Of a DNA stretch of 64,000 nucleotides, positions 1 through 9,862 are shown piece after piece; position 1 is the stretch's first letter, and each line of letters begins with the position of its first letter. The position numbers and the translations under genes are program-made. The notes beneath the pieces were generated by a model. That model saw nothing but the letters and a program-made list of their open reading frames with translations. It was not told the origin of the DNA and did not search any database. The DNA comes from an uncultured virus (IMG/VR IMGVR_UViG_3300030333_006991) (Duplodnaviria > Heunggongvirae > Uroviricota > Caudoviricetes): the IMG/VR virus record IMGVR_UViG_3300030333_006991; one strand, given 5' to 3'.

Positions 1-234
1 TTCGACACCTTTGATGAAGAGATGGATGAAAGTCACCACTTTTACGATGAGTTTGGTTACAAACAATCTTATGAACAGCCCGAATTCGATGAGGAAACGA
101 TGACTGTTTCCATCTTTGCGGAAGAAAATGAGGATGCAGATAGTTTAAGTGACCAAATCGCAGACGCTCTGAGCGATTCCACAGGATTCTGTGTTTACCA
201 TTTTATGTTTAACGAGGTGTGCTTGGATGGTTGA
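1..234 (+). CDS. Acidic hypothetical protein, 5'-truncated by the window
   Basis: Frame is open from base 1 to TGA at 232-234; overlaps the next start codon. Confidence 0.55.
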   Translation, partial: FDTFDEEMDESHHFYDEFGYKQSYEQPEFDEETMTVSIFAEENEDADSLSDQIADALSDSTGFCVYHFMFNEVCLDG

Positions 235-850
235 AGAACACACATGGTTAAGAAAGACGGCTTGGAATGAGAAAGATGAGTATTACACCCCATCCATCTT
301 AGTCAAGGCTATTATCCCATATTTACAGAATAATCCTGAAACTTGTGATACACCTTTAGAGAATATCACTATTTGGTGTCCCTTTGATACCGAAAATAGC
401 GAGTTTGTTTTGTGCTTACGAGAAGCAGGTTTCAATGTGATTTACAGTCATTTGTGGGCGGGACAGGACTTCTTTGAGTATGAACCTGATGAAGAATATC
501 ATTACATCGTTTCTAATCCTCCTTTTACGCTCAAGTTGAAGGTTTTTGAAAGATTATTTGAGATAGGTAAACCGTTTGCTATGGTCATGGGGTTGCCCAT
601 TTTGAATTATCAAGAAGTAGGCTCCTTTTTCCTACGACATCAAGATAATGGGAGAAATCTGCAATTATTGATAGTGGATAAGAAAGTTTCCTTTGATGGA
701 AATACGGCTTCTTTTAACAATTCTTACTTCTGTTGGAATGTGCTTGAAAATGATATTGTGTTTCACCATTTAGACAACAATAATTCTCGGAAGCACTATG
801 TTCCAAGTAGAATGTTTCAAGATGCGGAGGGTCATTCACCGCACCATTAA
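227..850 (+). CDS. Phage-type N6-adenine DNA methyltransferase
   Basis: DEYYTP, IWCPFD, GQDFF and catalytic IVSNPPF motifs; ATG at 227 preferred over GTG at 191. Confidence 0.8.
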   Translation: MVEEHTWLRKTAWNEKDEYYTPSILVKAIIPYLQNNPETCDTPLENITIWCPFDTENSEFVLCLREAGFNVIYSHLWAGQDFFEYEPDEEYHYIVSNPPFTLKLKVFERLFEIGKPFAMVMGLPILNYQEVGSFFLRHQDNGRNLQLLIVDKKVSFDGNTASFNNSYFCWNVLENDIVFHHLDNNNSRKHYVPSRMFQDAEGHSPHH

Positions 851-918
851 GGAAAAAAATGACGCAAAAAGGATAAAAGGTTAAATACAACGACCTATGT
901 AGAAGGAATGGTGCGACT

Positions 919-1536
919 ATGATGAACGAACATGAGTGGGATTATTTCCCGACCCTTGAATTACGAAGAAATGTGCTATCGCTTGACCTTGAAAGCACAG
1001 CAGTAAAAGATTTCCGAGATTTGAATGATGTAAAGGCGAATGTGGTTGTAGTATACGACCCATTAACTGAAGAATCTTGGAGATTTGTGCGTGATGAAGC
1101 ACAAGGAGTAGATTTAGAAACTCTTCCTTTAGATTCACTCCGAGATATGTTGCTTGGGTGGTATGAGCAAGGCCGATTTATCGGTGGTCAAAACATTCTT
1201 GGTTTTGATTTTCCTGTTTTAATGGGAGATTCTTCTCTGAATGTTTGTGATATTTTACAGGCATTCATTGATTCACGGCAATATATTGATACGGCACAGT
1301 ATATGAAAAATAAGTTAGGTTTCCGTGTCTCTCTGAAATACATGGTTAATTCGACTCTTGGAGATGATAAAATTATGGATGGGGCAGACGCACCTTCCGA
1401 GTGGTTGAAAGGAAATTACACAGAAGTCATAGAATATTGTGAAAAAGATACCACTCTTTGGTCAAACCTTCATACCTTTGGTGTCCAAAATAGGTTTATC
1501 CTTCTTGGAGGGGCGAAGATACCTGTGGATTGGTGA
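919..1536 (+). CDS. RNase H-fold DEDD 3'-5' exonuclease (YprB/RNase_H_2-like)
   Basis: ExoI LDLES, ExoII GQNILGFDFP, ExoIII EYCEKD; TTAAATA box at 881. Confidence 0.75.
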   Translation: MMNEHEWDYFPTLELRRNVLSLDLESTAVKDFRDLNDVKANVVVVYDPLTEESWRFVRDEAQGVDLETLPLDSLRDMLLGWYEQGRFIGGQNILGFDFPVLMGDSSLNVCDILQAFIDSRQYIDTAQYMKNKLGFRVSLKYMVNSTLGDDKIMDGADAPSEWLKGNYTEVIEYCEKDTTLWSNLHTFGVQNRFILLGGAKIPVDW

Positions 1537-1540
1537 TAAA

Positions 1541-2128
1541 ATGGGAAGATTAGATGGATGTGTAGCATATTTGTGCGGTCCGATTGACCATGCAGACGAT
1601 GATGGTGTAGGATGGCGAAGAGTTTTATCTGCCCAATTAGCAGAAAAGTATGGGATGAAGGTTTTAGACCCTACGGATAAACCCTTCAAATCACACACCC
1701 ATAATTTTGAAGAGATTGGTGATGAAAAGGTAAACGCTCTCAGGTTGCGAGATGAAAAGAAGTTTGATGTTCTTGCATCTAAAATGCGAGAGATTGTAAG
1801 GGCAGACCTGCGTTGTGTAGATTTATCTGATATACTGATTGCGTATATTCCAAAAGACACGCATCTTTGTGGGACTATACATGAAATTGTAGTCGCCTCA
1901 GAGAGTAAGAAACCAACCCTTCTTGTTGTAGAAGGTGGGCGGGAAAATGCAAGTAATTGGTTTTGGGGTATGCTACCCACTTCGCCTGATGAAGATGGCC
2001 GTTCAGGATGGATTTTTGATGGTTGGGATGCTTTTTTCACTTACATGGATGAAATTGATAATGTTGAACAAGAGTTTCCCGAACCTAAAGCAAGTAGGTG
2101 GGTTATTCTTGATGTCGGCTCACGATAA
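1541..2128 (+). CDS. Nucleoside 2-deoxyribosyltransferase / dNMP N-glycosidase-like protein
   Basis: AYLCGPI, VLDP, D...SDILIAY and GTIHEI motifs. Confidence 0.7.
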   Translation: MGRLDGCVAYLCGPIDHADDDGVGWRRVLSAQLAEKYGMKVLDPTDKPFKSHTHNFEEIGDEKVNALRLRDEKKFDVLASKMREIVRADLRCVDLSDILIAYIPKDTHLCGTIHEIVVASESKKPTLLVVEGGRENASNWFWGMLPTSPDEDGRSGWIFDGWDAFFTYMDEIDNVEQEFPEPKASRWVILDVGSR

Positions 2129-2148
2129 GAAAATGACGCTTCCCATAG

Positions 2149-2175
2149 AAAGTGTTAAAAGTGACCACCTTTTAG
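2149..2175 (+). promoter_or_regulatory. BRE/TATA-like promoter, copy 1 (AAAGTGTTAAAAGTG-N6-TTTTAG)
   Basis: Repeated at 3156-3182; both copies lie just before an ATG. Confidence 0.6.
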
Positions 2176-2183
2176 GTGTAACC

Positions 2184-3182
2184 ATGCTACGCAATCATAT
2201 CGGCTACGCTTGTATCAACACTACTTTAACCACTCAAGGAGTTTGTTCTAATCGCACTCTGCGATTGAAAACACTTCAAGAAAAAGGTTACGAGTATGTG
2301 GCGGAATTGATAATGAGCAATTTAGATGCTCTGCAAAAGATTCTTGAGTGGAATGCTGAGAATGGTTATCGTCTGTATAGGATGTCGAGTGAGATGTTTC
2401 CCTTCCATTCTCATCTTGAATATGGTTACAAAATCGAAGAGTTGCCTAATGCTCATCTCATCTTAGCAAAATTAAGGGAAATAGGTCGCTTTGCACAGGC
2501 AACACAACAACGACTCTCCTATCACCCAGGCCCATTCAATGTTCTTGCCTCTTCCAATCCTAAAGTGATTGAGAAAACTGTAAATGAATTGAATTGCCAC
2601 TCACATATATTGAATCTTATGGGTTTTACCCCTTCTTATGAGAATAAAATTAACATTCATGTTGGTGGAGCCTATGGTGATAAACAGGCCGCTTTAGCGA
2701 GATTTTGTGCTAATTTTGCTCTTTTAGATTCACATACTCAACAACGCTTGACTGTGGAGAATGATGATAGAGCGAATCTTTACTCTGTTCAAGAATTATA
2801 CGATGGTGTGCATCTCAACATTGGTATACCTATTGTTTTTGATTATCACCATTACAAATTCAACACAGGTGGTCAAACTGAAAAAGAAGCCCTTTTGTTA
2901 GCCCTTAGCACATGGCCTTCCGATGTTACACCTGTATGCCACTATTCAGAAAGTAAAACACTTGAGCAAGGAGAAGATAAAGAAACACCTGCTCATTCAC
3001 AATTCATCGTAGGTGTGTTTGATACATACGAACAAACCTTTGATGTTGTATTTGAGGCTAAACAGAAGGAATTGGCGGTTGAATCCTTTTTCAAAGCGAA
3101 TCCTGAGTGGACTCTGCTTGGTAAGCAGAACGAGGGAAATCTGCTCAAAACAACAAAAGTGTTAAAAGTGGAACCCTTTTAG
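2184..3182 (+). CDS. uvsE: UV damage endonuclease UvsE/UvdE
   Basis: IGYACIN, YRMSSEMFP, RLSYHPGPF, INIHVGGAYGDK, LTVENDD, VFDYHH, HYSES and EAKQKE motifs; start 2184 chosen from the family N-terminus and promoter position. Confidence 0.92.
   Translation: MLRNHIGYACINTTLTTQGVCSNRTLRLKTLQEKGYEYVAELIMSNLDALQKILEWNAENGYRLYRMSSEMFPFHSHLEYGYKIEELPNAHLILAKLREIGRFAQATQQRLSYHPGPFNVLASSNPKVIEKTVNELNCHSHILNLMGFTPSYENKINIHVGGAYGDKQAALARFCANFALLDSHTQQRLTVENDDRANLYSVQELYDGVHLNIGIPIVFDYHHYKFNTGGQTEKEALLLALSTWPSDVTPVCHYSESKTLEQGEDKETPAHSQFIVGVFDTYEQTFDVVFEAKQKELAVESFFKANPEWTLLGKQNEGNLLKTTKVLKVEPF
3156..3182 (+). promoter_or_regulatory. BRE/TATA-like promoter, copy 2, inside the 3' end of uvsE
   Basis: Near-identical to 2149-2175; upstream of ATG 3202. 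Confidence 0.55.
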
Positions 3183-3201
3183 TATAAGATGAGGCGACAT
3201 A

Positions 3202-3924
3202 ATGAGTGTGAGTGCAGAAAAGTGGAAGGCATATCCAAAAGAAATTATCCCTGCTTACGAGGTTTGGAATCTCAAGCAGATTGGAAACATGGAATCTTTT
3301 GACTCCGCTTTTATGTGGAGTCGGCCCAAAACTTTTACAAAAGGAGAACATATCGAAAAATACTTGCGCCATCTCAACGAAAGAGTAAGCAGTATGGTAG
3401 CAGATGATGGGTTTGTGTATATTGGTGTTCAATGGGAGAAAGGAAATTACAAATATGCCCCTCGATTTTTCCGTTTCAAATACAGTGACTTGCCAAAAGG
3501 GGAGGACTTTTTCATTATCGTGAAAGATAAGTGGGGCAATCAGCAACTTTCTGTTCACGCAGGTCTTGATACTTGGATAGTGCAAGAAAATAGGAGACAA
3601 ACTTATAGCGGCAGGAATCAAGGAAGATACTCTGCTCACAAAAGTCATCAACAAGCACAGAATCTAATGAATAAGTTGATGTCGGGACAAACTCTGACCA
3701 CAAAAGAATTGGAATTATTGCAGAACCCCACACATCAAGAACCTGCTGTCGCCTTTATCAGAGAGATGGAAGCAGATAAAAGGCCGAAATGGAATGTGAA
3801 TCTCTCTAAATACTATCGTCAAAGTAAACATAGGGCTTGCTTGAAGATTTTCAAACCCTCCGAAGCAGAAGTTGTGCGTAAAATTGACCTCGGATTGCTC
3901 AATTGGATTAACTTATCAATCTAA
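3202..3924 (+). CDS. Hypothetical protein with C-terminal GLLNW motif
   Basis: Ends ...DLGLLNWINLSI*. Confidence 0.7.
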   Translation: MSVSAEKWKAYPKEIIPAYEVWNLKQIGNMESFDSAFMWSRPKTFTKGEHIEKYLRHLNERVSSMVADDGFVYIGVQWEKGNYKYAPRFFRFKYSDLPKGEDFFIIVKDKWGNQQLSVHAGLDTWIVQENRRQTYSGRNQGRYSAHKSHQQAQNLMNKLMSGQTLTTKELELLQNPTHQEPAVAFIREMEADKRPKWNVNLSKYYRQSKHRACLKIFKPSEAEVVRKIDLGLLNWINLSI

Positions 3925-3973
3925 GCAACAGTTTATAGCATAGTAGGCACTTGTAAAAGTAGGTTGTGTGATT

Positions 3974-4354
3974 ATGGCTAAAAAGGAAAGTGTAATTTCA
4001 GAAGATGAAGCAAAAGAATTGATTGAAGAAACGCAAGAGGCTGCTGACGAAGCAAAGGAAGCGGCAGAAGCAGTTACATCTGCGGCAGAAGAAATTGCCG
4101 ATGTAAAAGATGCGATTGCGGAAAAGGATATTTCTAAAGCAGTTGAAGAAGCAAAAGAGGCTATTGAAGATATTGAAGCAGCCGTGGATGAAGTAGAAGA
4201 TGCGATTGATTCTGCTACTGAAACTGCTAACTCTGCTACTCAATTGTTGAATAGAGTAAAAACAAGGTGGGCTCTTTTAGACCGCAACGGAAAAATCATG
4301 GCCGTTATCTCGACTCTTGCTGTTTTGTCTGCTGTGGCTTACAATTATGTTTGA
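3974..4354 (+). CDS. Acidic coiled-coil protein with C-terminal transmembrane anchor
   Basis: A/E-rich helical repeats, then IMAVISTLAVLSAVAYNYV*. Confidence 0.7.
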   Translation: MAKKESVISEDEAKELIEETQEAADEAKEAAEAVTSAAEEIADVKDAIAEKDISKAVEEAKEAIEDIEAAVDEVEDAIDSATETANSATQLLNRVKTRWALLDRNGKIMAVISTLAVLSAVAYNYV

Positions 4355-4358
4355 TTAG

Positions 4359-5192
4359 GTGAACACTGTGTCTTTTGGGCAACCTTTAGAAGATGCAGTA
4401 GTGTCTAAATTAAAAACTGTAACGGGGAATCAAGCAGGATGGGTATATCCTGTTTCAAATGTAGGTCTTTTGCTTGCTATTCCCATTAGGAAATGGAAAC
4501 GCATAAAGCCGTTCTCGGAATGGCAAGCCAATTTTCTCAGTGAATCAGGACCTATGGTGCAAGGAAATACGGTGAAAAGATTTCGTTTCTCTTTACCGAA
4601 AGGTATGAATCTCGATTCTTCCATTACCAATAATGATAATAGAGCAAGGATAAGAGAAGCGATGGTAAAAAATCAAGTAGGTTCAATTCGTAAAAGTAGT
4701 CCTCGACCTGAAAAAGATTACTACACTTCAATCAACAAAAGTGAACGAGTCGTCACTAATCAGCCGTGGCCTAATCCCTATCAACAATCTCGTTATTCTC
4801 CTAACAATTACAATGCTTCAAGCAATAGCACTTATTGGAATCATCCTGAAGAGTTTAAGGCACATTCACCGTGGGGAAAGGAAACACCTGACGATTACTA
4901 CCGCCAAGTAAGAGATTATTGGCCTCAGCAAAATGAGTTTCTTGTGGATTTAGATATTTCAACTGTAAATAGTTTGATTGACGGGCAGCAACGATTAGGT
5001 TTTCACGCAGAAGGGAGTGAATGGTTGGTTTTACTTATTGACTATCATCTTTTAGCAGGATTGAATAGTTACGACACAAAAGTAGAGCCTGTTTCATTTA
5101 CACCTCGATTCTCACATTTCAAACCTCAAGTGGATTTCTTTGGTATTCTCAATTGGTTGAGCCTCGGCTCACTTCCAAAAAGTCCAAAATGA
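4359..5192 (+). CDS. Hypothetical protein with C-terminal GILNW motif
   Basis: Ends ...FFGILNWLSLGSLPKSPK*. Confidence 0.7.
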   Translation: MNTVSFGQPLEDAVVSKLKTVTGNQAGWVYPVSNVGLLLAIPIRKWKRIKPFSEWQANFLSESGPMVQGNTVKRFRFSLPKGMNLDSSITNNDNRARIREAMVKNQVGSIRKSSPRPEKDYYTSINKSERVVTNQPWPNPYQQSRYSPNNYNASSNSTYWNHPEEFKAHSPWGKETPDDYYRQVRDYWPQQNEFLVDLDISTVNSLIDGQQRLGFHAEGSEWLVLLIDYHLLAGLNSYDTKVEPVSFTPRFSHFKPQVDFFGILNWLSLGSLPKSPK

Positions 5193-5214
5193 CGGGGGTT
5201 ATGGGGCCGCAAGG

Positions 5215-5258
5215 CGAAAGCCTTAAATGCGAATACCCCTATGGGACTATTGTAGGGG
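5215..5258 (+). promoter_or_regulatory. Archaeal BRE+TATA promoter repeat, copy 1 (CGAAAGCCTTAAATGCG...)
   Basis: Imperfect ~44-bp direct repeat with 5371-5414; first 17 bp identical; CGAAA BRE followed by TTAAAT. Confidence 0.65.
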
Positions 5259-5370
5259 CGGTGAAGTAGTTGGCAGAACGAGTCCGATTGGAGGTGCAAA
5301 AAACTCCGAAAAACACCCTTTGGCGTAACCCGAAAATGTTAATTTTTGAGGTTTTGATGATGCAAGGAAC

Positions 5371-5414
5371 CGAAAGCCTTAAATGCGGCTACCCTTATTG
5401 GTATATTGTGGGAG
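5371..5414 (+). promoter_or_regulatory. Archaeal BRE+TATA promoter repeat, copy 2
   Basis: As copy 1; followed by GGAGGT RBS and GTG at 5424. Confidence 0.7.
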
Positions 5415-5423
5415 GTTCCCACT

Positions 5424-5831
5424 GTGAGTGAAAAAAACGAGGAAAATGAGAACGAGGTGCTAAGAATGTTGATAGATGACCATGTATTTGATAGAATGAC
5501 CATTCGTTTAACGGATGTAGAACAGAAGCGTGTTATCCATGCCATTGAAACTAAGTGGAACCGTCTTCAAGACAATATGAAGAAGGATTTCGCCATCATA
5601 GCGATGGACTTAGGCTCGCTTCGTATGACTGACCAAACAAGTTGGGAAAGTAATGGGGATGCAGTAGTCGGCATTGTCCGACATGGTGTTCTCAAGACAG
5701 TCATGTTGCGTAGATTTAATCAACCGATGACGAAGGAGGCTCTACGAGTAGATTCGGTAAAGTGGGCTATCAAGCCCCCACAAGTTGCTCGCCACCAACG
5801 AAGAAAGAACAGAAAGAGGAACAGATATTGA
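5424..5831 (+). CDS. Hypothetical protein with basic C-terminal tail
   Basis: ORF with promoter and RBS. Confidence 0.6.
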   Translation: MSEKNEENENEVLRMLIDDHVFDRMTIRLTDVEQKRVIHAIETKWNRLQDNMKKDFAIIAMDLGSLRMTDQTSWESNGDAVVGIVRHGVLKTVMLRRFNQPMTKEALRVDSVKWAIKPPQVARHQRRKNRKRNRY

Positions 5832-5841
5832 GGTGAAAAAA

Positions 5842-6084
5842 ATGAATAGAATGAATATGAATGGAATGACGCAGATTGAAATGTTGATTCAACATTTCTC
5901 GGAGAACGACAGCATCAGCGATGGTGAGGCACAATTGGTATACCGTATCAGAAGCCTTCCTCGCAGGATTATGGATTTGAAGAATCGAGGTTATGTCTTT
6001 GAACATGAGTGGAATCGTGATGCCACAGGCCAACGATATATTCGCTATGTAATTATCTCGACTCCTGAAGAGCAGGAGGCGTGA
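5842..6084 (+). CDS. Small winged helix-turn-helix protein (HTH_39-like), paralog A
   Basis: TQ..ML..HF....IS..EA...YRIRSLPRRIMDL...GY pattern; GAGGTG RBS; close paralog at 48359. Confidence 0.75.
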   Translation: MNRMNMNGMTQIEMLIQHFSENDSISDGEAQLVYRIRSLPRRIMDLKNRGYVFEHEWNRDATGQRYIRYVIISTPEEQEA

Positions 6085-6090
6085 ATAGAT

Positions 6091-6918
6091 ATGGTGTATA
6101 TGCCTGACCTTTTTGACGAGCAGGGTAATCTGCGTTCTCTCGCAGAGCAAACTGCTCACATGAAAAACATAGAACAAGCAGAAACCACAGTTTCTAAGCA
6201 GAAACCTTCTGCTCCTAAGCAGAAAACAGTAGTCGTTAAGCAGAACACAACCTCTAAGCAGGATGAAGAGGAATACCGCACACGCAACAGACCTATTCCT
6301 GTGGCTCAAGCAGAAGCCGAGGCTAAGGTTCAACAACAGGCTCTTTTGAGTGGTAATTTGACGGAAAGTAATCCCAAGAAGCGAGAAGCAATTCGTGAAG
6401 GAAAAATCGTCAATAAAGTAGTCATCCACGATGACGGACAAATCTACTACTATGGGCCGTGGGGCAATCGTCAAACTTATGCGAGTATTGCTTCCCGAAA
6501 CCGTAACAGAATGTTCATCAATGGACAGTATATTGCGAAGAGTCACCCCTTTTGGAGAGCAGGTCGTTACACTATGACGGCTCAAGAGTTGGATAGTTTC
6601 AATAATCTTGGTTTCCTTCAATTAACGGATTTGGAAAAAGAGGGAACGATTTACATTGTGACTAATCCTGTGTTTGCAGGTTGGGTAAAAGTGGGTATGG
6701 CTATTGATGCTGAACAAAGGTTGAGTAATTACCACACTTACACACCTCAAAAGAAGGGTCAAGGTTACAGAATGGATTACATGGTAGAGGTTGAAGACCG
6801 TCAAAAGGCTGAAAATGAGATTCACCACTTACTTGAAGCGAAATATGAGCGCAGTAAAGAGTGGTTCAAGGCAAGTGTCGAAGACACGATTGCCGTCATT
6901 GAAGCATATTTGGCTTGA
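6091..6918 (+). CDS. GIY-YIG superfamily (T5orf172/MUG113-like) domain protein
   Basis: GTIYIVTNP..GWVKVGM....QRL..Y...AENEIH...EWF in the C-terminal half. Confidence 0.75.
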   Translation: MVYMPDLFDEQGNLRSLAEQTAHMKNIEQAETTVSKQKPSAPKQKTVVVKQNTTSKQDEEEYRTRNRPIPVAQAEAEAKVQQQALLSGNLTESNPKKREAIREGKIVNKVVIHDDGQIYYYGPWGNRQTYASIASRNRNRMFINGQYIAKSHPFWRAGRYTMTAQELDSFNNLGFLQLTDLEKEGTIYIVTNPVFAGWVKVGMAIDAEQRLSNYHTYTPQKKGQGYRMDYMVEVEDRQKAENEIHHLLEAKYERSKEWFKASVEDTIAVIEAYLA

Positions 6919-6967
6919 ATCACCATATTGAAATAGTCGCACACCGCATTAAGGATGGGGGTTTACA

Positions 6968-7453
6968 ATGAGCAAAGTATTTCGATTGCCATTTGAACGA
7001 CTTGGAATCCTGAATTGGGGTAAAGGCGGGCTTGATTGGAGGAGTAAACAATTCCATAATATCCCGCTTGAAAAGCGACCTGACTACCTTGAGTTAGCCG
7101 TGCAAAGATTTGAAGACCACTACAATAGTAGTGCGGGTCATGCACGATATGGAAATGCGAAATTCCGCCTTGTAAAAGGTCGGACAATGGCTAAACTACG
7201 AGTTAGCGAAGGAAATCAGCGTGAAAGGATTTACGCTTTTATAGACATCAATATGAAAGACCCTGAACGCTACGGTGGCATGATGAAACCCGCCACTTAC
7301 AAAGCCCCTGAACCGAAGAAATACATTCGGGCGCACCTGTTTGGAAAAGACCCCTTGCGAGGGGCGACATGGTATGGCCCTGAGTATTACGATGGTGGAA
7401 AGGGTGGTAAGTCGGGCTCAGATTGGTTCCGTGGTGGGGGTCTGAGTGTATGA
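6968..7453 (+). CDS. Conserved phage-type hypothetical protein with N-terminal GILNW motif
   Basis: IYAFID...MKPATYKAP...IR pattern recalled from small phage proteins; LGILNW at residues 12-17. Confidence 0.65.
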   Translation: MSKVFRLPFERLGILNWGKGGLDWRSKQFHNIPLEKRPDYLELAVQRFEDHYNSSAGHARYGNAKFRLVKGRTMAKLRVSEGNQRERIYAFIDINMKDPERYGGMMKPATYKAPEPKKYIRAHLFGKDPLRGATWYGPEYYDGGKGGKSGSDWFRGGGLSV

Positions 7454-8256
7454 GTTACAAATTAAGCGAAAAGGAAAGAGCCCGATACGAGCGACAGATA
7501 GGTGTTGTTGAGCGTTTGAGGAATCGCTTGCCTGAGGAGTTTCGGGTGGGTGATGCCCGAAATGGTGAAATAGACGCAGGACCATACAAAGAGGTAGCAA
7601 CTCTATTTATTCCGCAACTTCTTTACGAGTATCAGGTTCTTTTAGAGAATATGCTAATTCCTGCTCCGTGGGATTATGATAAGAAACCTTCTTGGTGGTT
7701 GTATAAAAGAATGACTGATTTCCTCACCAACAATCCCAAAGAGGCTCCCTTTGTTAATTGGTCTTATCTTTTACACAGTGCGATGTATGGCGAAGTAATT
7801 CCTGATGATATGAGAGATGAACAATATTTCGTTTGGAATAAACTCTTTGCCCAATTGCTTCATATTACAAGACCCATACAAGATTGGTTTAACCTGCAAT
7901 CCACCCGAATCAGTGAGGAATCTTACATTAGTAAGATTTCGGAAAATCCAAACCTCTTATTTTGGAGTTTTTCTCCTTCTTCGGATTGGAGAGAGCAAAG
8001 ATTGGAGTTAGTTTGGGAAGATTCTTTGATGAAAGAAACTTTTTGGATTTCACTTGAGAGTAAAGTGGGTGGGTCAGTGAGATTCCGATTTTATGGTGAT
8101 GAGGATGACGAAGAGTGGGAAGAGCCTGATGATGACGAAACACAACTTTTCACAGATTGGTCTTCCATAGTAAAGAGTTGGGGGGAGCCCTTTTGGATGG
8201 CCGTCATACCTTTGAATGATTTAACACAGTTTGGTTTATTGAATTGGGAGTGGTAA
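7450..8256 (+). CDS. Hypothetical protein, C-terminal GLLNWEW
   Basis: ATGA overlap with the previous gene; ends FGLLNWEW*. Confidence 0.75.
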   Translation: MSYKLSEKERARYERQIGVVERLRNRLPEEFRVGDARNGEIDAGPYKEVATLFIPQLLYEYQVLLENMLIPAPWDYDKKPSWWLYKRMTDFLTNNPKEAPFVNWSYLLHSAMYGEVIPDDMRDEQYFVWNKLFAQLLHITRPIQDWFNLQSTRISEESYISKISENPNLLFWSFSPSSDWREQRLELVWEDSLMKETFWISLESKVGGSVRFRFYGDEDDEEWEEPDDDETQLFTDWSSIVKSWGEPFWMAVIPLNDLTQFGLLNWEW

Positions 8257-8257
8257 A

Positions 8258-9031
8258 ATGAAAAAATACGATTTGACTTTTGGCCCGTTCCAATACCCTG
8301 ATATGGACAAGTCCAAAAAAGAGGCTAATTTCTATGGGCGATATGCAGATTATTTGATAAAGAAAGGGTTTATTCCTTCTTTGTCGGATTCTATTGGCGA
8401 GGGGCGTGATATAGTGGGTCCTGAAATAGCATCTACGGATTTGAAAACAGGACACTTTTACATCAATTACGAAGAATTTGATGGGGGAGGGGGTATTTTT
8501 TCTTTAGCCTACATCAACAACATAGATGCGACAGATTGGGGGATAGAAAACGAGGATGGTAGGAGAATTTCTCTTCAACCTGAAGGAAAGCATCGCATCG
8601 GAATTATCCATCTTTCCTTTCCGTGTCTTAGAAAACTTTCTCAACTCTTAGAAACGGCTCAGGAATGGTCGCTTAAAGACCCAAGTTTACGAAGAGATAC
8701 TGATTTCGTTCAACAAGACGATTGGTGGCCGTTGGTAGATTATTCTTCCATGACCGAAGAGGAGAGGGCAAAAGTGCTAACAAAACTTTTACACAAAATA
8801 GAAAACCACAACGATGACCCGCATGGTTGCCGAATCGGTTGGATGCCTGTTACAGGATTACAATACATGGAAGAATGGAAAGATTTACCTCAAGAGATTG
8901 TAGATGATTTACTTTCAACCCACAAAGATTACTACGGTGATAATGGTCACAAATTCTATGAAATCAATATCCCTCCTTTACGGAGAGTTTACGGAACGAG
9001 CGATTACGGTTTGTTAAATTGGTGGTGGTAA
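8258..9031 (+). CDS. Hypothetical protein, C-terminal GLLNWWW
   Basis: Ends DYGLLNWWW*. Confidence 0.75.
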   Translation: MKKYDLTFGPFQYPDMDKSKKEANFYGRYADYLIKKGFIPSLSDSIGEGRDIVGPEIASTDLKTGHFYINYEEFDGGGGIFSLAYINNIDATDWGIENEDGRRISLQPEGKHRIGIIHLSFPCLRKLSQLLETAQEWSLKDPSLRRDTDFVQQDDWWPLVDYSSMTEEERAKVLTKLLHKIENHNDDPHGCRIGWMPVTGLQYMEEWKDLPQEIVDDLLSTHKDYYGDNGHKFYEINIPPLRRVYGTSDYGLLNWWW

Positions 9032-9032
9032 A

Positions 9033-9860
9033 ATGCACTATATCATGGATGAAGAAGGGGAAAAGGCCATCGCAGAGTTGCTGACTCGTTTCCCACCTGA
9101 TATACCCTCATTCCCCTCAGTGCTTGGAATACAACGAAGTGCTATATCTACAACAAAGGTGATTCCAATGTTACAAGCCATGTTACAGGCTCCCGAAAAC
9201 TTCAATGAATGGTTATGTGATAATATTGGTATCAAAGATTCTTACAGCCGTGGTATGGTTCTCAATCCGAGGTGGAAGAAATATCGTGGCGATAATAAAT
9301 GCCAACTTGTGAGTCGAATCCACGAATCAAAGTTTGCACAAAAGATAGAACATCCTAATGGCCCTAACCGTATTTACCACAATGAAGATAGGTTAAGGTC
9401 GAAGCAGGGATTGATGCTTGACTCCAAACATGGGTGGTGGTTCCCTAAACATTTGGAAGGTCGTCCTGATAAATTGTATTGGATTTTGAAGTTATATCCG
9501 ACTGAGGAACGGGCAGACGGGGGAGGTGATGATGATTGGAGGATGTGGAAAATAATTCTTTTGTGGCATGAAACAGGTATAGGCACTTCAACCTTAGAAG
9601 ACCTTGAAAATCATCAGGCATGGGTGGTGTGGATTGAAGGTGATGAATCGTGCGGAGGGAGAAACGATGGGAGGTCATCTGTTTTTCATGTAGAGAAAGC
9701 AGGTCCTTTTGCATGGAGAAGTATTCGGAATAACCAATTAAACCCTGAAGCGATGGCAGAAATATCAAAAGAAAATAGTGTAATTACTTATGCAGGTGCT
9801 TTTGATTTACTCTCAAGTGGGAAGAATCAAGATTACGGTCTTTTGAATTGGAGGTGGTAA
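9033..9860 (+). CDS. Hypothetical protein, C-terminal GLLNWRW
   Basis: Ends DYGLLNWRW*. Confidence 0.75.
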   Translation: MHYIMDEEGEKAIAELLTRFPPDIPSFPSVLGIQRSAISTTKVIPMLQAMLQAPENFNEWLCDNIGIKDSYSRGMVLNPRWKKYRGDNKCQLVSRIHESKFAQKIEHPNGPNRIYHNEDRLRSKQGLMLDSKHGWWFPKHLEGRPDKLYWILKLYPTEERADGGGDDDWRMWKIILLWHETGIGTSTLEDLENHQAWVVWIEGDESCGGRNDGRSSVFHVEKAGPFAWRSIRNNQLNPEAMAEISKENSVITYAGAFDLLSSGKNQDYGLLNWRW

Positions 9861-9862
9861 AA

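Noticed and set aside
1935..2183. Long N-terminal extension of UvsE in the ORF track
   Set aside because: Overlaps the previous gene and the promoter repeat; family similarity begins at 2184
5770..6621. 283-aa minus-strand ORF
   Set aside because: Antisense to two well-supported plus-strand genes
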